Shown here piece by piece: positions 62,344-64,000 of a stretch of DNA of 64,000 nucleotides. A program made the position numbers and the translations under genes. The notes beneath the pieces are model-generated. The model was given only the letters and a program-made list of their open reading frames with translations, ran no database searches and had not been told where the DNA came from. Numbering within the stretch: the first letter of the stretch is position 1; the number at the start of each line of letters is the position of its first letter. The stretch is from Thalia democratica (Eukaryota): positions 6,944,001 through 7,008,000 of the forward strand of contig OZ241830.1 in NCBI GenBank assembly GCA_965202585.1. The letters run 5' to 3'.

Positions 62344-63276
62344 ATGGCTGTTAGTTTTTCATCTAAAACAACACAAATTTTGTACCAGAATAGATTTTGT
62401 GAACAAGAAAACTTTGATGTTATTATTTCTGGAATCACTGATGTGTTAGAACGAGAAAGTTTAAGGTTAAACTTGCGTAAGTTTGATAAAACTGAAACAA
62501 TATACAATTCAAAGACACATTCGGAAAGTGACATAACGATTTGTGAAAGATCCAATGTTTGGACTGTTTGCTCAAGATTAGATGTTAAAGGCGTATCTGA
62601 AACACGACCCTCTTTCAGGATTCATATTGATAAAACTGACCAATGGGTTAATGTAGTTCAAACACATGATGGTAGAGGTAACTTTAGCGCTTGTTCATTT
62701 ATGAAAAACATTTATGTCTTTGGTGGATATTTTGAACAAGAAGCTATAAAAAGTTGTTATAAATATGATACAAAAAGGAGTAAGTGGAATTTTATAGCAA
62801 TTATGAATGAATGGAGGCAAGTTGCAGCTTGTACAGTATTCGAAGGTAAAATTGTCTTGACTGGTGGTTATGACGGTGAAAATAGAGTATATTTAAACTC
62901 AGTAGAGGCATATGATTGTTACGAGAATAAATGGAACTCTCTGCCTCGCATGATCAACAAAAGATGTCGACATGGAGCAGTTTGTATGGGCAACAAGCTG
63001 TTTGTCATTGGTGGAAAGAAAAATGCTACTTGCGAGGTATTTGATAGCAGTTCCATGAAGTTCACTAGTATCAAGCATTTAGAGCGCGATTGTTATTATT
63101 CTGTTTCCGCGGTCAGTGTTGGTGGCAAAATTTTGATTTTTGGTTCAGGGTATATAGCAGGAAAAGAAAGAGTTCGCACTTATAATGCTGATAAAAATGA
63201 ATGGTACTGTAAAAGTAATTGTTTTACGGAATTCGAAGTAGGTTTAGTATGTCTTGCAAAGCTTTCTGTTATTTAA
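62344..63276 (+). CDS. K11: Kelch-only beta-propeller protein, 310 aa (N1-CA type)
   Basis: Intact ORF, close to K3 in the N-terminal half. Confidence 0.92.
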   Translation: MAVSFSSKTTQILYQNRFCEQENFDVIISGITDVLERESLRLNLRKFDKTETIYNSKTHSESDITICERSNVWTVCSRLDVKGVSETRPSFRIHIDKTDQWVNVVQTHDGRGNFSACSFMKNIYVFGGYFEQEAIKSCYKYDTKRSKWNFIAIMNEWRQVAACTVFEGKIVLTGGYDGENRVYLNSVEAYDCYENKWNSLPRMINKRCRHGAVCMGNKLFVIGGKKNATCEVFDSSSMKFTSIKHLERDCYYSVSAVSVGGKILIFGSGYIAGKERVRTYNADKNEWYCKSNCFTEFEVGLVCLAKLSVI

Positions 63277-64000
63277 CAGTTTAAAATTTCCATGTTGCCT
63301 AATAATTTATTAAATGTACAATGAGTATTACGTTGTTCGATAACTATATTCTATTTAAACTTGTTTTAGTTTTCAAAATTTAAAAAATATGTTGCTGTTT
63401 GGTACTGACTTTTTTTTTGTAGTTTAAATACTTATTTTTTAATTGAAATTGTTGATATCGTTGTTTTGTTTTTTTTTGTCTTTTCACTTCAACAATAAAC
63501 AAAAAAATCGAGTTTGTTAGCTTATCTAATTTAAATTTTGTTATAATTAATCAAAAATTTTTTTTTTGATATTATGAGTAGTATAAGTAATACGGATAAA
63601 AATAATTTGATTATCGATGAATTCTACATTATTTATTTTTAAAATCTAGCGTAAATTTCGACAGAAAAAATTTGAAGAAAAAAAATGCAAATGTGTCTAT
63701 TAAAAACACAATTATGATATACACAGTATAGTTTTATATATATATATATATGTACTTGAAGTTTTTATGTGTTACGTAAGCGTACACTATTTATAGTATT
63801 CAAAATTTAGTGATAGCATTTTGTAATATAAAACATAAAGAAAAAATTAAATTAAAATAATTAAAGTCAAGTTAATAGCATTTTTTAACTGTTTTTTAGA
63901 TTTTTTTCATTTACATCTAAAAAGGAATTTTATGGTTATTTATGTATTAAAATATTCTCAAAGTATTTATGTATTATATTGTGATTTATAACCTTATTTA

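Overview
Very AT-rich eukaryotic genomic DNA, probably from an invertebrate animal (the species cannot be determined from the sequence). The window is a tandem and inverted array of ten full-length, single-exon-CDS Kelch beta-propeller genes of about 308-319 aa with no BTB/BACK domain, plus two gene remnants and two orphan upstream regions. I label them K1-K11 in order; K7 is a remnant. K2, K3, K6, K9, K10 and K11 are intact. K1, K4 and K5 each carry one frameshift, and K8 has two nonsense codons. The genes are mosaics of three N-terminal types (N1, N2, N3) and two C-terminal types (CA, CB), and all six combinations occur. Among full-length genes, CA is always on the + strand and CB always on the - strand. 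A block of about 11-12 kb is present twice (about 5.05-17.2 kb and 46.8-57.4 kb). Its central ~5 kb segment, between a head-to-head gene pair, is flipped in the second copy, with breakpoints inside the Kelch coding sequences, so the two genes have swapped N-terminal halves. This shufflon-like, inversion-driven diversification, combined with hypervariable top-face loops, is the best candidate for an undescribed system. Whether it is ongoing or a single historical event cannot be told from one sequence. Intergenic DNA holds several MITEs and DNA transposons with verifiable target-site duplications, two Penelope-like fragments (one with a hammerhead ribozyme motif and a perfect 69-bp palindrome), and a GC-rich foreign fragment that may be a decayed viral D5-like primase-helicase piece. 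I saw no rRNA, tRNA, CRISPR array, recombinase or reverse transcriptase.
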